Positions 13,219-28,763 are shown, numbered from the stretch's first letter. The stretch: DNA of 64,000 bases from Eledone cirrhosa (GCA_964016885.1 OZ024750.1:18972001-19036000); one strand, 5' to 3'. The notes: generated by a model from the letters alone, not told the origin. Made by a program: numbers and translations.

Positions 13219-13681
13219 TTGGTTCGATTCCTGGAGTAGGTTGTGTGTTGTGTTCTTGAGCAAAACACTTCATTTCATGTTGCTCCAGTATACTCAGCTG
13301 AAAATGCGCACTAGCAATAGCTGGGGGGTTTAACCCTACAATGGGTTAAACCCCCAGCTATTGCTGGTGTCCTGGTGTCCTGTCCGGAAACCGAGATAGA
13401 AGTACCGGCGTGATGAGCCTCCGAGTTCGAGACAGACTTTAGACTTAGTTGGTTCGATTCCTGGAGTAGGTTGTGTGTTGTGTTCTTGAGCAAAACACTT
13501 CATTTCATGTTGCTCCAGTATACTCAGCTGAAAATGCGCACTAGCAATAGCTGGGGGGTTTAACCCTACAATGGGTTAAACCCCCAGCTATTGCTGGTGT
13601 CCTGGTGTCCTGTCCGGAAACCGAGATAGAAGTACCGGCGTGATGAGCCTCCGAGTTCGAGACAGACTTTAGACTTAGTTG
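13219..13681 (+). repeat. Exact 230-bp tandem duplication of a SINE-like unit with an internal hairpin
   Basis: Two apparently identical units starting at ~13219 and ~13449, each with B-box GGTTCGATTCC, GTTGTGTTCTTGAGCAAAACACTT and a hairpin at 13309-13369 / 13539-13599. Confidence 0.85.
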
Positions 13682-13837
13682 CCAACTGATCCAACGTAGT
13701 TCCAACTATATTCTGGTCTTTGATTAAGGGGAGGTGGTCGTGGGAAGCGGGCACCCATAAAATAAAGTAGGAACACATTGAAATTATTCGAATACACTTT
13801 TCTTCGGCAAATGAGACGTTTTAGAGATATATAGTAA

Positions 13838-14435
13838 CAGCACCATCACAACAACCACCACTACAACCACCACCAGTACCACCATCACTACAACCACCAC
13901 TACAACCACCACCAGTACCGCCATCACTACAACTACCACCAGTACCGCCATCACTACAACCACCACTACAACCACCACCAGTACCGCCATCACTACAACC
14001 ACCACTACAACCACCACCAGTACCACCATCACTACAACCACCACTACAACCACCACCAGTACCGCCAACACCACCACCACCACTACCAGCACCAGCACGA
14101 CAACCACAACCACAACCACCGCCACCACCACTAGTACCAGTAACAACACCAGCACTACCAGCAGCACCACCATCACTACTACAAGCACCACCACCAGCAC
14201 CACCAGCACCACCACCACTACCACCAAAACCACTAGCATCACCACCACCACCACCACCAGCACTAACACCAGCACCACCAGCACCACTACCGCCACTACC
14301 ACCACTACCACCACTACCACCACTACCACTAGCATCACCACCAGCACCACCAGCACCACTAGCACTAGCACCACCAACACCTGCACCACTACACTACTAC
14401 TACTGCTACTCCTCCTCCTCCTCCTCCTCCTCCTC

Positions 14436-14499
<64 letters not shown>

Positions 14500-14500
14500 C
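13838..14500. repeat. Compound (ACC/ACT/CCT)n array
   Basis: Visible directly. Confidence 0.95.
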
Positions 14501-14875
14501 ACGAAATAAGTAAAATATATACTCAATGCTTAGTGGTTGGGGTAAGTTAATATTTGGTACACCATAAGGTATATTACTGTTGTATCCTTGAGCAAGACTT
14601 TCTACTTAACGTGTCTCATGCCTAATTAAAAACATTGATTATATTATTAGATTTGATATTGAAGAAGAAATGAACGATACAAAAAACAAATCACAAGACA
14701 TTTCTGTATGTATGTATGTATGTATGTATGTATGTATGTATGTATGTATGTATGTGTGTATGTATGTGTGTATGTATGTATGTATGTGTGTATGTATGTG
14801 TGTATGTAGTATGTTTGAATGTATGTCCGTATCTATCTAGTTATCTAGCTATCTTTTCTATTTATATATAAATGT

Positions 14876-14940
<65 letters not shown>

Positions 14941-15001
14941 CATACATTTATACATACATACACACTCTCTCTCACACACACACACTCACACACACATATA
15001 T

Positions 15002-15036
<35 letters not shown>

Positions 15037-15423
15037 CATATACTTGTGTGTATAGACATCTATATACATACATACAGACACATGCACACACACACACATA
15101 TATATATATATACATATATACATATATAACATTTTTCCTGGATTCTTCACTTTTGGAATATCACGCCGCCTAGCAGCTACACCTCGGAATTGGTAAGAGC
15201 GGGAATATAAAAAAACAACAACATCACAAAAAGAAACAATAAAATAACAACAAAAGAAATCAGAAATAATACAATTAAAATAAACATATAACAAAAAAAA
15301 ATATATAATTTAAAAAATGTCGGAGGGAAGAAATGATCTTTCTCTGTTAAATAGCCCCCACAAGCTATTTTCTGCTATGTATGTATGTATGTATGTATGT
15401 ATGTATGTATGTATGCACGTATG

Positions 15424-15925
15424 TTATCTCTTTCTCTTAATTTCGAGTATATTTTTTTGACCGGCCACCTTCCTGGTGGCAAGGTTGTAAAAGAAAAGAA
15501 ATTGTCATCCCTTGAATCGCAAGAATGTTGTGCACATTTTGAAGGTGCCAGCTATCGCAGCCATTTGTAGACTATGAATTAGGGAGCTGCGCTCTTTGTC
15601 CGCAATCCAAGTTCAGTCATACTTTGGTCCAAGCGGGTTGGTATATAACCCGTAGCTCCAATAATGATGGGAATGAAGCTAAAGGTGTATCTTGGATACT
15701 GGATTTGTAAACTCCTCATCAATGGTCCGTAGATGTCCTCCTTCTCTGTATTTTTCTGACAACGTTTGCATCAAGTGGGCAGCTGATCTCCACAACAAAA
15801 CACGTTTTCAATGTGTGGTCCCAAACAACAATATCAGGCCGGTTGTGCTTTAATTTGGTGGCAGTTTTTATTTTCAGGTTCCACCAGTATTCCTTAGTGC
15901 CATCTGTCTCAATATATTCTTCCTC
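15424..15925 (-). mobile_element. 5'-truncated RLE-encoding R4/Dong-like LINE in (TATG)n, copy 1
   Basis: [51 protein letters not shown]... (RPD...E..CP RLE motif) with small frameshifts; (TATG)n on both sides. Confidence 0.85.
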
Positions 15926-16064
15926 GTATGTATGTATGTATGTATGTATGTATGTATGTATGTATGTATGTATGTATGTATGTATGTATGTATGTATGTA
16001 TGTATGTATGTATGTATGTACGTATGTATGTATGTATCTATGTATACATTATACATACATGTGT

Positions 16065-16107
<43 letters not shown>

Positions 16108-16160
16108 CTCTTTTACTCTTTTACCTGTTTCAGCCATCCGGCTGAGGCCATGCTGGGTAC

Positions 16161-16202
<42 letters not shown>

Positions 16203-16254
16203 TATACATGTATATATATGTATATATATGTATATATATATATGTGTATATATG

Positions 16255-16286
<32 letters not shown>

Positions 16287-16290
16287 TATG

Positions 16291-16389
<99 letters not shown>

Positions 16390-16432
16390 ATATATATATT
16401 AATATATATATATATATTAATATATATATATA

Positions 16433-16473
<41 letters not shown>

Positions 16474-16842
16474 GTATGTCTATAAATATATATATGCTGA
16501 ATGTCAAATCTAGTTTTAATCCAATCGTCAGCTTCCACCAACTGTGATATAATGAAATATTTACTATCAGCCTACAGTATAATAGAGCGAGAGTAATGAA
16601 AGACCGCACAAGAAGATCTGGGCAAAAGTAAAGCCCTCCAGCCCCATTACAAGATCTAATGAAAATACCCCCCCCCCCTACTCTCCCCTCTTTCCTCACC
16701 ATCTAAAGATATAACAAAAATTAAACCACACGAGATATGTTAAATATGAAGGCTGCCTTACTCTACATAAATGTTGCTGAAAATTAATGTAATTATAGGA
16801 AACGCATAAGTAACATGACTACATCTCATTATTTTTTTGACA

Positions 16843-17326
16843 GTAGAGGGTCGGACGCCATGCTTTCCAGCATAGTTACGTCCCTTTATAATCTGGTCTT
16901 GTGCCTAAAGTAGAAACAATTATTTTTTTGACAGTGGGCGGTGGATTGGCAGTATTGGGAGAGGGTCGGACGCCATGCTTTGACGCATAGAGTTACGGCC
17001 CTTGCCATTCTGAGTTCAAATCCCGCCGAGGTTAACTTTGCCTTTCATCCTTACGGGGTCGATAAAATAAAGTACCAGCAATGCACTGAGTAATTAATTG
17101 CTGGCCTTGTGCCAAAAAGTAGAAACAATTATTTTTTTGACAGTGGTGGTGAATTGGCAGTATTGGTAGAGGGTCGGACGCCATGCTTTCCATCATAGAG
17201 TTACGCCCCTTTACGATCTGAGTTCAAATCTGCCGAGGTTAACTTTGCCTTTCATCTTTAAGGTCGATGAAATAAAGTACCAGCATTGCACTAGATAATT
17301 GCTGGCCTTGTGCCAAAAGTAGAAAC

Positions 17327-17328
<2 letters not shown>
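16843..17328 (+). mobile_element. Three head-to-tail SINE S1 copies
   Basis: Units at ~16843, ~16932 and ~17141, each preceded by TTATTTTTTTGACAGT; the first is internally deleted. Confidence 0.85.
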
Positions 17329-17366
<38 letters not shown>

Positions 17367-17685
17367 GTATATGGCCACTCATACTGACGTTAAGGTATTG
17401 TTCTCAAAATAATAAATAACATCAGAATCGCATAGATTCGATATTATGTGAGATAATTATGTAAGATAAAGCCTTTTTTCCAATGAAACTACAATAGTAA
17501 ATATAGAGTAATGTAAAGAGTAAAGGGTTAAGGTTTGAGAATGCACCACCAGAAGAGTTGTCCACGAAGACATCCCATATAAGTCGCATGTGACGCGGAG
17601 AAACCAGTTTATGTCAGATGTGACAAAAAGACAATCGTTTGGTCCGTACAAAGCGCTTATTGAATAAGATAAAACATAGAGGATA

Positions 17686-17749
17686 ATGATGATAGAGATG
17701 ATGGTGATGATGGTGATGATGGTGATGATGGTGATGGTGATGATGATGG

Positions 17750-17780
<31 letters not shown>

Positions 17781-18470
17781 GGTGGTGATGATGGTGGTGA
17801 TGATGGTGGTGATGATGATGGTGGTGGTGGTGATGATGATGGTGATGATGATGATGGTGGTGATGATGATGGTGATGATGATGATGATGATGGTGGTGAT
17901 GATGATGATGGTGATGATGATGGTGGTGGTGATGATGGTGGTGATGATGATGATTATAGTGGTGATGATGGTGATGATGATGATGATGATGGTGGTGATG
18001 ATGATGATGATGATGATGATGATGGTGGTGATGATGATGGTGGTGATGATGGTGGTGGTGGTGATGGGGGATGATGATGATGATGATGGTGATGAGGTTG
18101 ATAATTCTGATGATTTCGCTGATGGTGATGATGATGGTGGTGGTGATGATGACGATGGTGGTGATGATGATGGTGATGATGGTGGTGGTGATGATGATGT
18201 TGGTGATGATTCCGCCGATGGTGATGATGATGATGATGGTGATGATGAGGTTGATGTTAAGGAAGTTGTTGATGACAACCAGGACTATGATAATGATGAT
18301 AGAGATGATGATGATGATTCTGATGATGATGATTCTGATGATAGAGATGATGATGGTGATGATGAGGTTTTTGATGTTAAGGAAGATATTGATGACAACA
18401 ATGACAACAATGATAATGATGATAGAGATGATAGAGATGATAATGATGGTGGTGGTGGTGGTGGTGGTGG
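17686..18470. repeat. Compound (GAT/GGT)n array
   Basis: Visible directly; source of the poly-M/D/H pseudo-ORFs. Confidence 0.95.
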
Positions 18471-18788
18471 AGATGAGAGGGTGGCGATAACTAGAACTAC
18501 AAAGGGAAATACAAACAATAAGAACTACAATAAGTACAACAATAAGAACTACAGTAAGAACAATAGGCACAACAACAAAGAGAACTTCAATAGTAACATC
18601 AACAGCAACAATAACAATAACAACAGCAAAAGACCAACATCAAACAAAATACTAACACACACACATACATACACATACATACACATACATACACACATAT
18701 ATATACATACACACACATATATATACATACACATGCACACATATATATATATACAAACACATACACACATATATATATACAAACACAT

Positions 18789-18839
<51 letters not shown>

Positions 18840-18987
18840 TATATATACAAACACATACACACATATATATATATATACACATACACATATATATATACCA
18901 ACACATACACACATATATATAGATCAAACGAGGGAAAAAGAATCATATCACGTTTACTGTGCATGACGCCACATATATATCTGTGTG

Positions 18988-19018
<31 letters not shown>

Positions 19019-19170
19019 CTGTGTGTATATATATATATATGTATATATATATATCTGTGTATATATATATATATGTATATTTATATGTGTGTGTATATAT
19101 ATATCTGTGTATATATATATATTATGTATATATATATATGTATATTTATATATGTGTGTGTATATATATA

Positions 19171-19297
<127 letters not shown>

Positions 19298-19376
19298 TAT
19301 ATGTATATGTGTGTGTGTGAGAAAGTATATGTGTGTACATATCCCCACTCACAGATACACATACATAAATATATAT

Positions 19377-19436
<60 letters not shown>

Positions 19437-19450
19437 TTATATATATATAT

Positions 19451-19659
19451 AGGAAAATGTTTTCAAGACCCCGACGGCAGAGCTCAAGCCGTTTCGACGG
19501 CTAATTCTAGACTATTTTTTAGTCCAGAATTACCCGTCGAAACGGCTTGAGCTCAGCCGTCGGGGTCTTACTGGTTCCTATTACCCACTCTACTACCCCA
19601 AGTATTGAGTACTTTGGTGCGTTATGGTCCACCTGGTTCCTTACCACATTTCCTTCGTT
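19451..19659 (+). mobile_element. Family A element, copy 3 (chimeric arms)
   Basis: The left arm resembles the copy-1 variant (GGAAAATGTT..CAAGACC, GGCAGAGC); the right arm resembles the copy-4 variant (GGGGTCTTACTGGTTCC). Confidence 0.8.
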
Positions 19660-19846
19660 ATATATATATTATAGCCATGTTTTATACACATACTTTTAAA
19701 CACATAAATCATTTGAAAGTACAACTGCAAACATTAACGCTCAAACGCTTATGCATACACATACACACACACATATACATATATATATTTATATATACAT
19801 ACATACATATATACATATATACACACATACACATACATACACACAC

Positions 19847-19900
<54 letters not shown>

Positions 19901-19902
19901 AC

Positions 19903-19933
<31 letters not shown>

Positions 19934-20592
19934 TGTGTGTGTGTGTGTGTGTGTGTACGTGTGTGTGTGTGTGTACGTGTATGCAATCTAGCGTGTGATA
20001 GATGGAGAAGACAAGTACACATAATGTCACAAAGCCGTCGCTACGATTCCGCCGATAATTGAGGGCCTACCTTACGATGTATCTGTACACACACACATAC
20101 ACGCATACACACACATACACGGGAAGTACACACACACACACACACGTAAGCACACAGATACAAGAAGGCACACACATACATATTAGCAATAGTTATGACT
20201 AGGCTATGTATATGCATGTGATTACGTGTTGTGTATACTCATGGGGTCTTGATTCATATATATGTGGTAATATTTTCACACAAGCGGTCCTATGAATGAT
20301 TGTAAAGTCATGCTGCTGCCAACATTGTAAACAATGTATTGTAATAGCCAATACCCCATACATAGATATATCGATATATCGATATATCGATACATAAATG
20401 TGTTCTACACAATATATTCCTGTTGTTTTAGCTGTGGCGCATGTTTTTGTTTTATTTCTTACTGAATTCCATGTTAAAGTGTCACGATATTAAATGTATG
20501 TATGTATGTATGTATGTATGTATGTATGTATGTATGTATGTATGTATGTATGTATGTATGTATGTATGTATGTATGTATGTATGTATGTATG

Positions 20593-21060
20593 TTTTCTCT
20601 TTCTCTTAATTTCGAGTATATTTTTTTGACCGGCCACCTTCCTGGTGGCAAGGTTGTAAAAGAAAAGAAATTGTCATCCCTTGAATCGCAAGAATGTTTT
20701 GCAAATTTTGAAGGTGCCAGCTATCGCAGCCATTTGTAGACTATGAATTAGGGAGCTGCGCTCTTTGTCCGCAAATCCAAGTTCAGTCATACTTTGGTCC
20801 AAGCGGGTTGGTATATGACCCGTAGCTCCAATAATGATGGGAATGAAGCTAAAGGTGTATCTTGGATACTGGATTTGTAAACTCCTCATCAATGGTCCGT
20901 AGATGTCCTCCTTCTCCTGTATTTTTCTGACAACGTTTGCATCAAGTGGGCAGCTGATCTCCACAACAGAACACGTTTTCAATGTGTGGTCCCAAACAAC
21001 AATATCAGGCCGGTTGTGCTTTAATTTGGTGGCAGATTTTATTTTCAGGTTCCACCAGTA
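20593..21060 (-). mobile_element. 5'-truncated R4/Dong-like LINE in (TATG)n, copy 2, with an uninterrupted RLE reading frame (21060..20674)
   Basis: [57 protein letters not shown]...IPIIIGATG...GTFKICKTFLRFKG*; PD..E..K-type RLE core; (TATG)n on both sides. Confidence 0.9.
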
Positions 21061-21114
21061 TGTATGTATGTATGTATGTATGTATGTATGTATGTATGTA
21101 TGTATGTATGTATG

Positions 21115-21540
21115 TCATGAGGGAAAAGTTGCCTTTGAGGCATCTCGAATCGCACACGAGAAAGTAAAGCGGGACGTGAGGAAGGGTATTGCTGTTGCAC
21201 TTCCAGACGGCGAGGGTCCTCCTATGTTTCTGACATGCAGCGTCTGTGCGAGACTCTGCCTAAGCAAAGCTGGACTCGAAAGTCATCTTCGCAGTCATAA
21301 AGTAAGACCAGTGGTTGACTACCAGGCTGCTGTTGGAGATGCTACTCATCATGCTTGCCAAACATGTGGTAGAGAATGTAAATCAGCAGGAGGACTCAAG
21401 CGACATGCAAAAGTACACGAACTCCAACCACAGCCGACTATTCCCAGTAAATGTTTTGGTTGCCGACTCTGTGCAAGACATTTTGGATCATTGGCTGGAC
21501 TAAAAAGCCACATTCGATCGCAGCACTGTTAGTTGCTATC

Positions 21541-21578
<38 letters not shown>

Positions 21579-21657
21579 GCTTGTGTGCGTGCGTGTGTGT
21601 GTATATATATATGAATATGTATATTATTATTGTTGTTGTCGTTATTATTATTATTGC

Positions 21658-21703
<46 letters not shown>

Positions 21704-21770
21704 TTTTTTTTTTTTTTTTTTTTTTTTAATTGTGCAATGGCCATACTCGATAACGAGGGGGCAGCCATCA
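21115..21770 (+). mobile_element. 3' end of an RTE-clade LINE with three C2H2 zinc fingers
   Basis: Frame ending at 21532 reads ..[85 protein letters not shown]. The 3' UTR ends GGCCATACTCGATAACGAGGGGGCAGCCATCA(TGTA)n. Confidence 0.8.
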
Positions 21771-21990
21771 TGTATGTATGTATGTATGTATGTATGTATG
21801 TATGTATGTATGTATGCATGTATGTATGTAGGAGAAGGAAAACTCTGATATAACACCTGCAACCCTGATGGTATCCAATGATGTTGACTTGTTCTTCTTT
21901 TTGGTAAATATCATCTTGGTTAAGATGTGATTAGTCGCAGAAGTCAATAGTACATAGTGTTATTAGTTTCACGCTTGGTGAGAATGGGTG

Positions 21991-22140
<150 letters not shown>

Positions 22141-22745
22141 GGTGGCTGCCAACTCGTTTTCGAGTACGGCCACTACTCTATATCCATGTAGGAGAACCCT
22201 TACTGATGCGCTGAACGAGTGTGACTTTTTAGTCCAGCCCGCATCTTGAAAACTCTGGTACAAACACTACACTTGTGACAATTATTGACACATAGTGCTG
22301 GGCCCATGGTACCATGTGACGACAAGTGCAGAGACATCTCCAGATATAAAGCAATGCCTGTGCCGTGAAGCTTTTATAGTGAGCAAAGGCACTGCACAAA
22401 GCCAGTCCCACTCTCTTAACCAAGATGATATTTACCAAAAAGAACAAGTCAACATCATTGGATACCATCAGGGTTGCAGGTGTTATATCAGAGTTTTCCT
22501 TCTAGAATTCTGCCTTGACAAAGGCTAAGGGGTCATCTCTCCCGGTGATTTTGGATGGCCATTGACTCTTAAGAGCTCCTTGCCCTTTGACAGGTTTTGT
22601 TTTTAGTCCTGCACGATGTCCAAAGTCACCCTCCTCACCAAGAAACCTTGGTGGGGTTGCCAGTTTAGTCGCCAACGACCCGACCATGAGACAGGTTGTA
22701 CTGGGATACATGTTACCAGTAGCACCAACTGGTGACCTGACATAA
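22141..22745 (-). mobile_element. Non-autonomous, internally deleted RTE derivative (~600 bp, apparently full length)
   Basis: An RTE-type 5' UTR (GGCAGAATTCTA(GGA)GAAGGAAAACTCTGA motif) is joined to the last zinc finger ([22 protein letters not shown]) and the 3' end GGCCGTACTCGAAAACGAGTTGGCAGCCACC. Other copies at 21829-21925, 27907-28313 and ~52398-52690. Confidence 0.8.
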
Positions 22746-23528
22746 GTATATATATACGTATATATACATACACATATATACATATATATAGATACGTATA
22801 TATACATACACATATATACATATATATATATACCTATATATACATACACATATATATGTATGTATATGCGTGTGTGTGTGATTGTTTATGTGATTGTTTA
22901 TGCTCTTTAGTCATTTTTATACATGTATGTGGTATTTGATCTTAGACTAACATACATACGTTAGAGTAAGAGTTGACCAAAACAGCAGCAACAACAACAG
23001 CAAATAACAAACAAAAACCAAAACAAATTAACAACAACAACAACAACAACAGCACTACCAACAAAAACACCACCACTACTACAACAACAACACCACCATT
23101 ACAAATAACAACAACACCACCACTACCAACAACAAAAACACTACCACAACCAACAACAAGAACTGCAAATAAATAAACTACAACAAGACCATATCATTTT
23201 TATCATGGAATCTCATGCTACACCTTAAGTGTATTGATTATATATATAGCTATCTCTACAGCATTAGCACCACGCCATTCCATTTCCGAGACGACAAACG
23301 AAACAATCGAAGAAATAGTTTGAGGTTTGCATTTAAATTGACAAAAATCTGATAATAAAAAGAAGAAAAATCAAAATGTTGGTGTTAAATGGTTGTTTTA
23401 ACAGTGAACTAAATTCAGATCGATATAAAAAAGAGTATATATATACATATATATATATATATGCGTATACACATAAATATAAATATATATATATAATATA
23501 TAGTCAGGCACACACACACATATATGTA

Positions 23529-23584
<56 letters not shown>

Positions 23585-23663
23585 AGTTATTCCGGGTTGA
23601 ATCGGAGGTAACAAACAGTAAGTAAGGTACTCAATACATAGCAGAGTATAAAAGTTTCAAACT

Positions 23664-23699
<36 letters not shown>

Positions 23700-24161
23700 T
23701 GTATTTATATACATACGTATACATATAAATATATATATATATATATATATAACATATATATATATAACATACAGACGCAGACACACACACATATATATAT
23801 ATATATATAACATATATATATATAACATACAGACGCAGACACACACACATATATATAATATAATGAATGTTTTTAGTAAATAGTCAATGGAATTCTCTCT
23901 TGTAAATCTTCTTATTACGGTTTATTTTGGTTCGCTTCAGTTCTTTGGCGGCATTTTGATTCACAATGGAGATAATTTCTAACGTAACACTTCTCACCCA
24001 AAATGTAAAAAAAACGACTTTTATTTATTATTTTATATATACATATATGTTTTACATATATACACATTTAAACAGCAGACACACACATATGTATCTATAT
24101 GTATATGTATATCTATATGTATATGTATATGTATCTATATGTATATGTTTGTACGTAGGTC

Positions 24162-24252
<91 letters not shown>

Positions 24253-24253
24253 A

Positions 24254-24474
<221 letters not shown>

Positions 24475-24619
24475 ATTCCTAAGTCAACACTTATCAAACT
24501 GAGAAATAACTTTATATTTTTCATTTATTTATTTATTTATTTATTTATTTATCATTACAACAGGATATTTTTCTCAAAGCTGTTTTGTGTTGTTTGTGTT
24601 AATATATAAATACACACCC

Positions 24620-24697
<78 letters not shown>

Positions 24698-24700
<3 letters not shown>

Positions 24701-24921
24701 GGAGGTGAGTTTTATTGTAGTACAATAAAGCAATGCAGATATCGGATAAGAAGCACTCTACAGTTTGTAGGACTGGAGTATGCATAATATAAGATCAAAA
24801 GATGGTTAAAGGAGTTCCATATATTTTATTATGCGCATTTCAATTGCATGATGATGTTTGTTTTTGAAATGCGCATAATAAAATATATGGAACTCCTTTA
24901 ACCATCTTTTGATCTTATATT
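24698..24921 (-). mobile_element. Family D palindromic element (shorter fold-back copy)
   Basis: Same sequence as 27264-27674; axis lies inside stem II; tail has GTAGAGTGCT; (TA)n on both sides. Confidence 0.8.
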
Positions 24922-24995
24922 ATATATATATATATATATATATATTATGTATGTGTATATCTATATACATATATGTGTATATCTATATATAGTCC

Positions 24996-25604
<609 letters not shown>

Positions 25605-25613
25605 CATATACAT

Positions 25614-25700
<87 letters not shown>

Positions 25701-25836
25701 CATATATATGTATGTATATATATATATACATATATATATATACCTCTCCACATATATAATCTCTGCATCAAGCAGTCGCTGTTTTGTGCACTACTTTTAA
25801 TGAATCTTTCATTTAGATATTATTTATAACATATAT

Positions 25837-25907
25837 AGGTCCAGCCCTACGGCTGAGCTCCTGCTCCGGCCGTTTCCACAGCCAGATCCGAGCGTTCGAA
25901 TCTAGCT
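25837..25907 (-). mobile_element. Family A-related hammerhead 3' half with an intact long stem II
   Basis: Minus strand has the hairpin AGCTAGATTCGA-ACGC-TCGGATCTGGCT, then GTG-GAAAC-GGC...GAGCTCAGCC-GTA-GGG. Confidence 0.55.
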
Positions 25908-25919
25908 ATATTTATATAT

Positions 25920-26688
25920 ATCGGTAGAGGGTCGGACGCCATTCTTTCCAGCATAGAGTTACGGCCCTTTACTGTCTGAGTTCAAATCCCGCCGAGGTTA
26001 ACTTTGCGTTTCATCCTTACGGGGTCGATAAAATAAAGTACCAGTAATACACTGGAGCAATAGCTGGCCTTGTGCTAACAGTAGAAACAAATATTTATAA
26101 TATATATAATTAACCCTTTAAGCCTATACCTGCCATGGCCTACAATATGCTACCGAAACACTCTACCCTTCACTATAATACAAGATGATTTGTACCTGTA
26201 ACAGACCTGCCAACCCCTAAAAACCTAAACAGAGAGTACCATTAAAAAAGAGGCCCCAAAACGGGGAGGAATGAGGCATAATGGCGAGATTTTACATAAT
26301 TGTTATTACTTTTGGCACAAGGCCAGCAATTGCCCAGCAGTACATTACTGGTACTTTATTTTATCGACCTCGGAAGGATGAAAGGCAAAGTTTACCTCGG
26401 CGGGATTTGAACTCAGAATGGCAAGGGCCGTAACTCTATGCGTCAAAGCATGGCGTCCGATCCTCTACCGATACTGCCAATCACCGCGAGATTTTACATA
26501 ATTGTTTCTACTTTAGGCACAAGGCCAGCAATTACCCAGTGCATTACTGGTACTTTATTTTATCGACCCCGTAAGGATGAAAGGCAAAGTCAACCTCGGC
26601 GGGATTTGAACTCAGATCGTAAACGGACGTAACTATGCTGGAAAGCATGGCGTCCGACCTTCTACCGATACTGCCAATCCACCGCCCT
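25920..26688. mobile_element. Three SINE S1 copies (25920-26090 plus; ~26305-26488 and ~26500-26688 minus, in tandem)
   Basis: Match the S1 consensus with A/B boxes; the two minus copies share the flank GCGAGATTTTACATAATTGTT. Confidence 0.85.
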
Positions 26689-27189
26689 TACATAATGAAA
26701 GTCCGACCCTTACATAATGAAAGCTATACTCATTTTCACAAGAGAAGATATCTCTCACTCACCCCAAAGTGGTTGGGAGATCTCACCATCGGACAGGGAG
26801 AGGTCTGCTGAATTCAAAGAGCCAGCATTTTCATACATTCTCCCATTCGGAATCTCCCTGAGAATTACTTTAATGTAATTCGTGCTGATGGAATACTTCT
26901 GTGTATTCTTTGTATTACTATAAGGAAGATATTGAAAGCTGAGTTAAGAAGACTGCTTCGATCCTTCTGCATACAGTTGTGGGGCAAGTATGTTTATGTG
27001 TGTGGGCGTGTGTGTGAGTGAGAAAGAGAGAGAGAGATAGAGAGTGTGTGTGTGTGTGTGTGTGTGTGCGCGTGTAAATAGGGAACGGCTTTTATTTTTA
27101 TCAAACACAACATATTAAAGATACGACACTGATCAAGATAAGAAAAAAAAATCTTGAATAAAAAAGATCCAATATGAACTCATACACAT

Positions 27190-27771
<582 letters not shown>

Positions 27772-27857
27772 CTATATATATATATAGTATATATATAGTA
27801 TATATATATATATAGTATATATATATGTATATATATATATGTATGTATATATATATG

Positions 27858-27891
<34 letters not shown>

Positions 27892-27906
27892 TGTATATCT
27901 ATATGT

Positions 27907-28313
27907 AAGGATGACCCCTTAACCTTTGTCAAGGCAGAATTCTAGGAGAAGGAAAACTCTGATATAACACCTTCAACTCTGATGGTATCCAATGATGTTG
28001 ACTTGTTCTTCTTTTTGGTAAATATCATCTTGGTTAAGAGAGTGGGACTGGCTTTGTGCAGTGCCTTTGCTCACTATAAAAGCTTCATGGCACAGGCATT
28101 GCTTTATATCTGGAGATCTCTCTGCACTTGTCGTCACATGGTACCATGGGCCCAGCACTATGTGTCAATAATTGTCACAAGTGTAGTGTTTGTACCAGAG
28201 TTTTCAAGTCGCTGGCTGGACTAAAAAGTCACACTCGTTCAGCGCATCGGTAGGAGTTCTCCTACATGGATATAAAAGTAGTGGCCATACTCGAAAACGA
28301 GTTGGCAGCCACC
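27907..28313 (+). mobile_element. 5'-truncated copy of the internally deleted RTE derivative
   Basis: Near-identical to the reverse complement of 22141-22535; (TA)n tail. Confidence 0.85.
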
Positions 28314-28345
<32 letters not shown>

Positions 28346-28362
28346 GTATATATATATGTATG

Positions 28363-28485
<123 letters not shown>

Positions 28486-28548
28486 TATATATAGTATATA
28501 TATATATAGTATATATATATATATATACTATATATATATATATATATA

Positions 28549-28604
<56 letters not shown>

Positions 28605-28628
28605 TATATATAGTATATATATATATAG

Positions 28629-28661
<33 letters not shown>

Positions 28662-28694
28662 GTATATATATATGTATATATGTATATGTATATG

Positions 28695-28762
<68 letters not shown>

Positions 28763-28763
28763 C

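Noticed and set aside
17686-18966. 426-aa Met/Asp-rich ORF and the antisense poly-His ORF
   Set aside because: A (GAT/GGT)n array open in several frames on both strands and running into (CA)/(TA) repeats; no domain signal.
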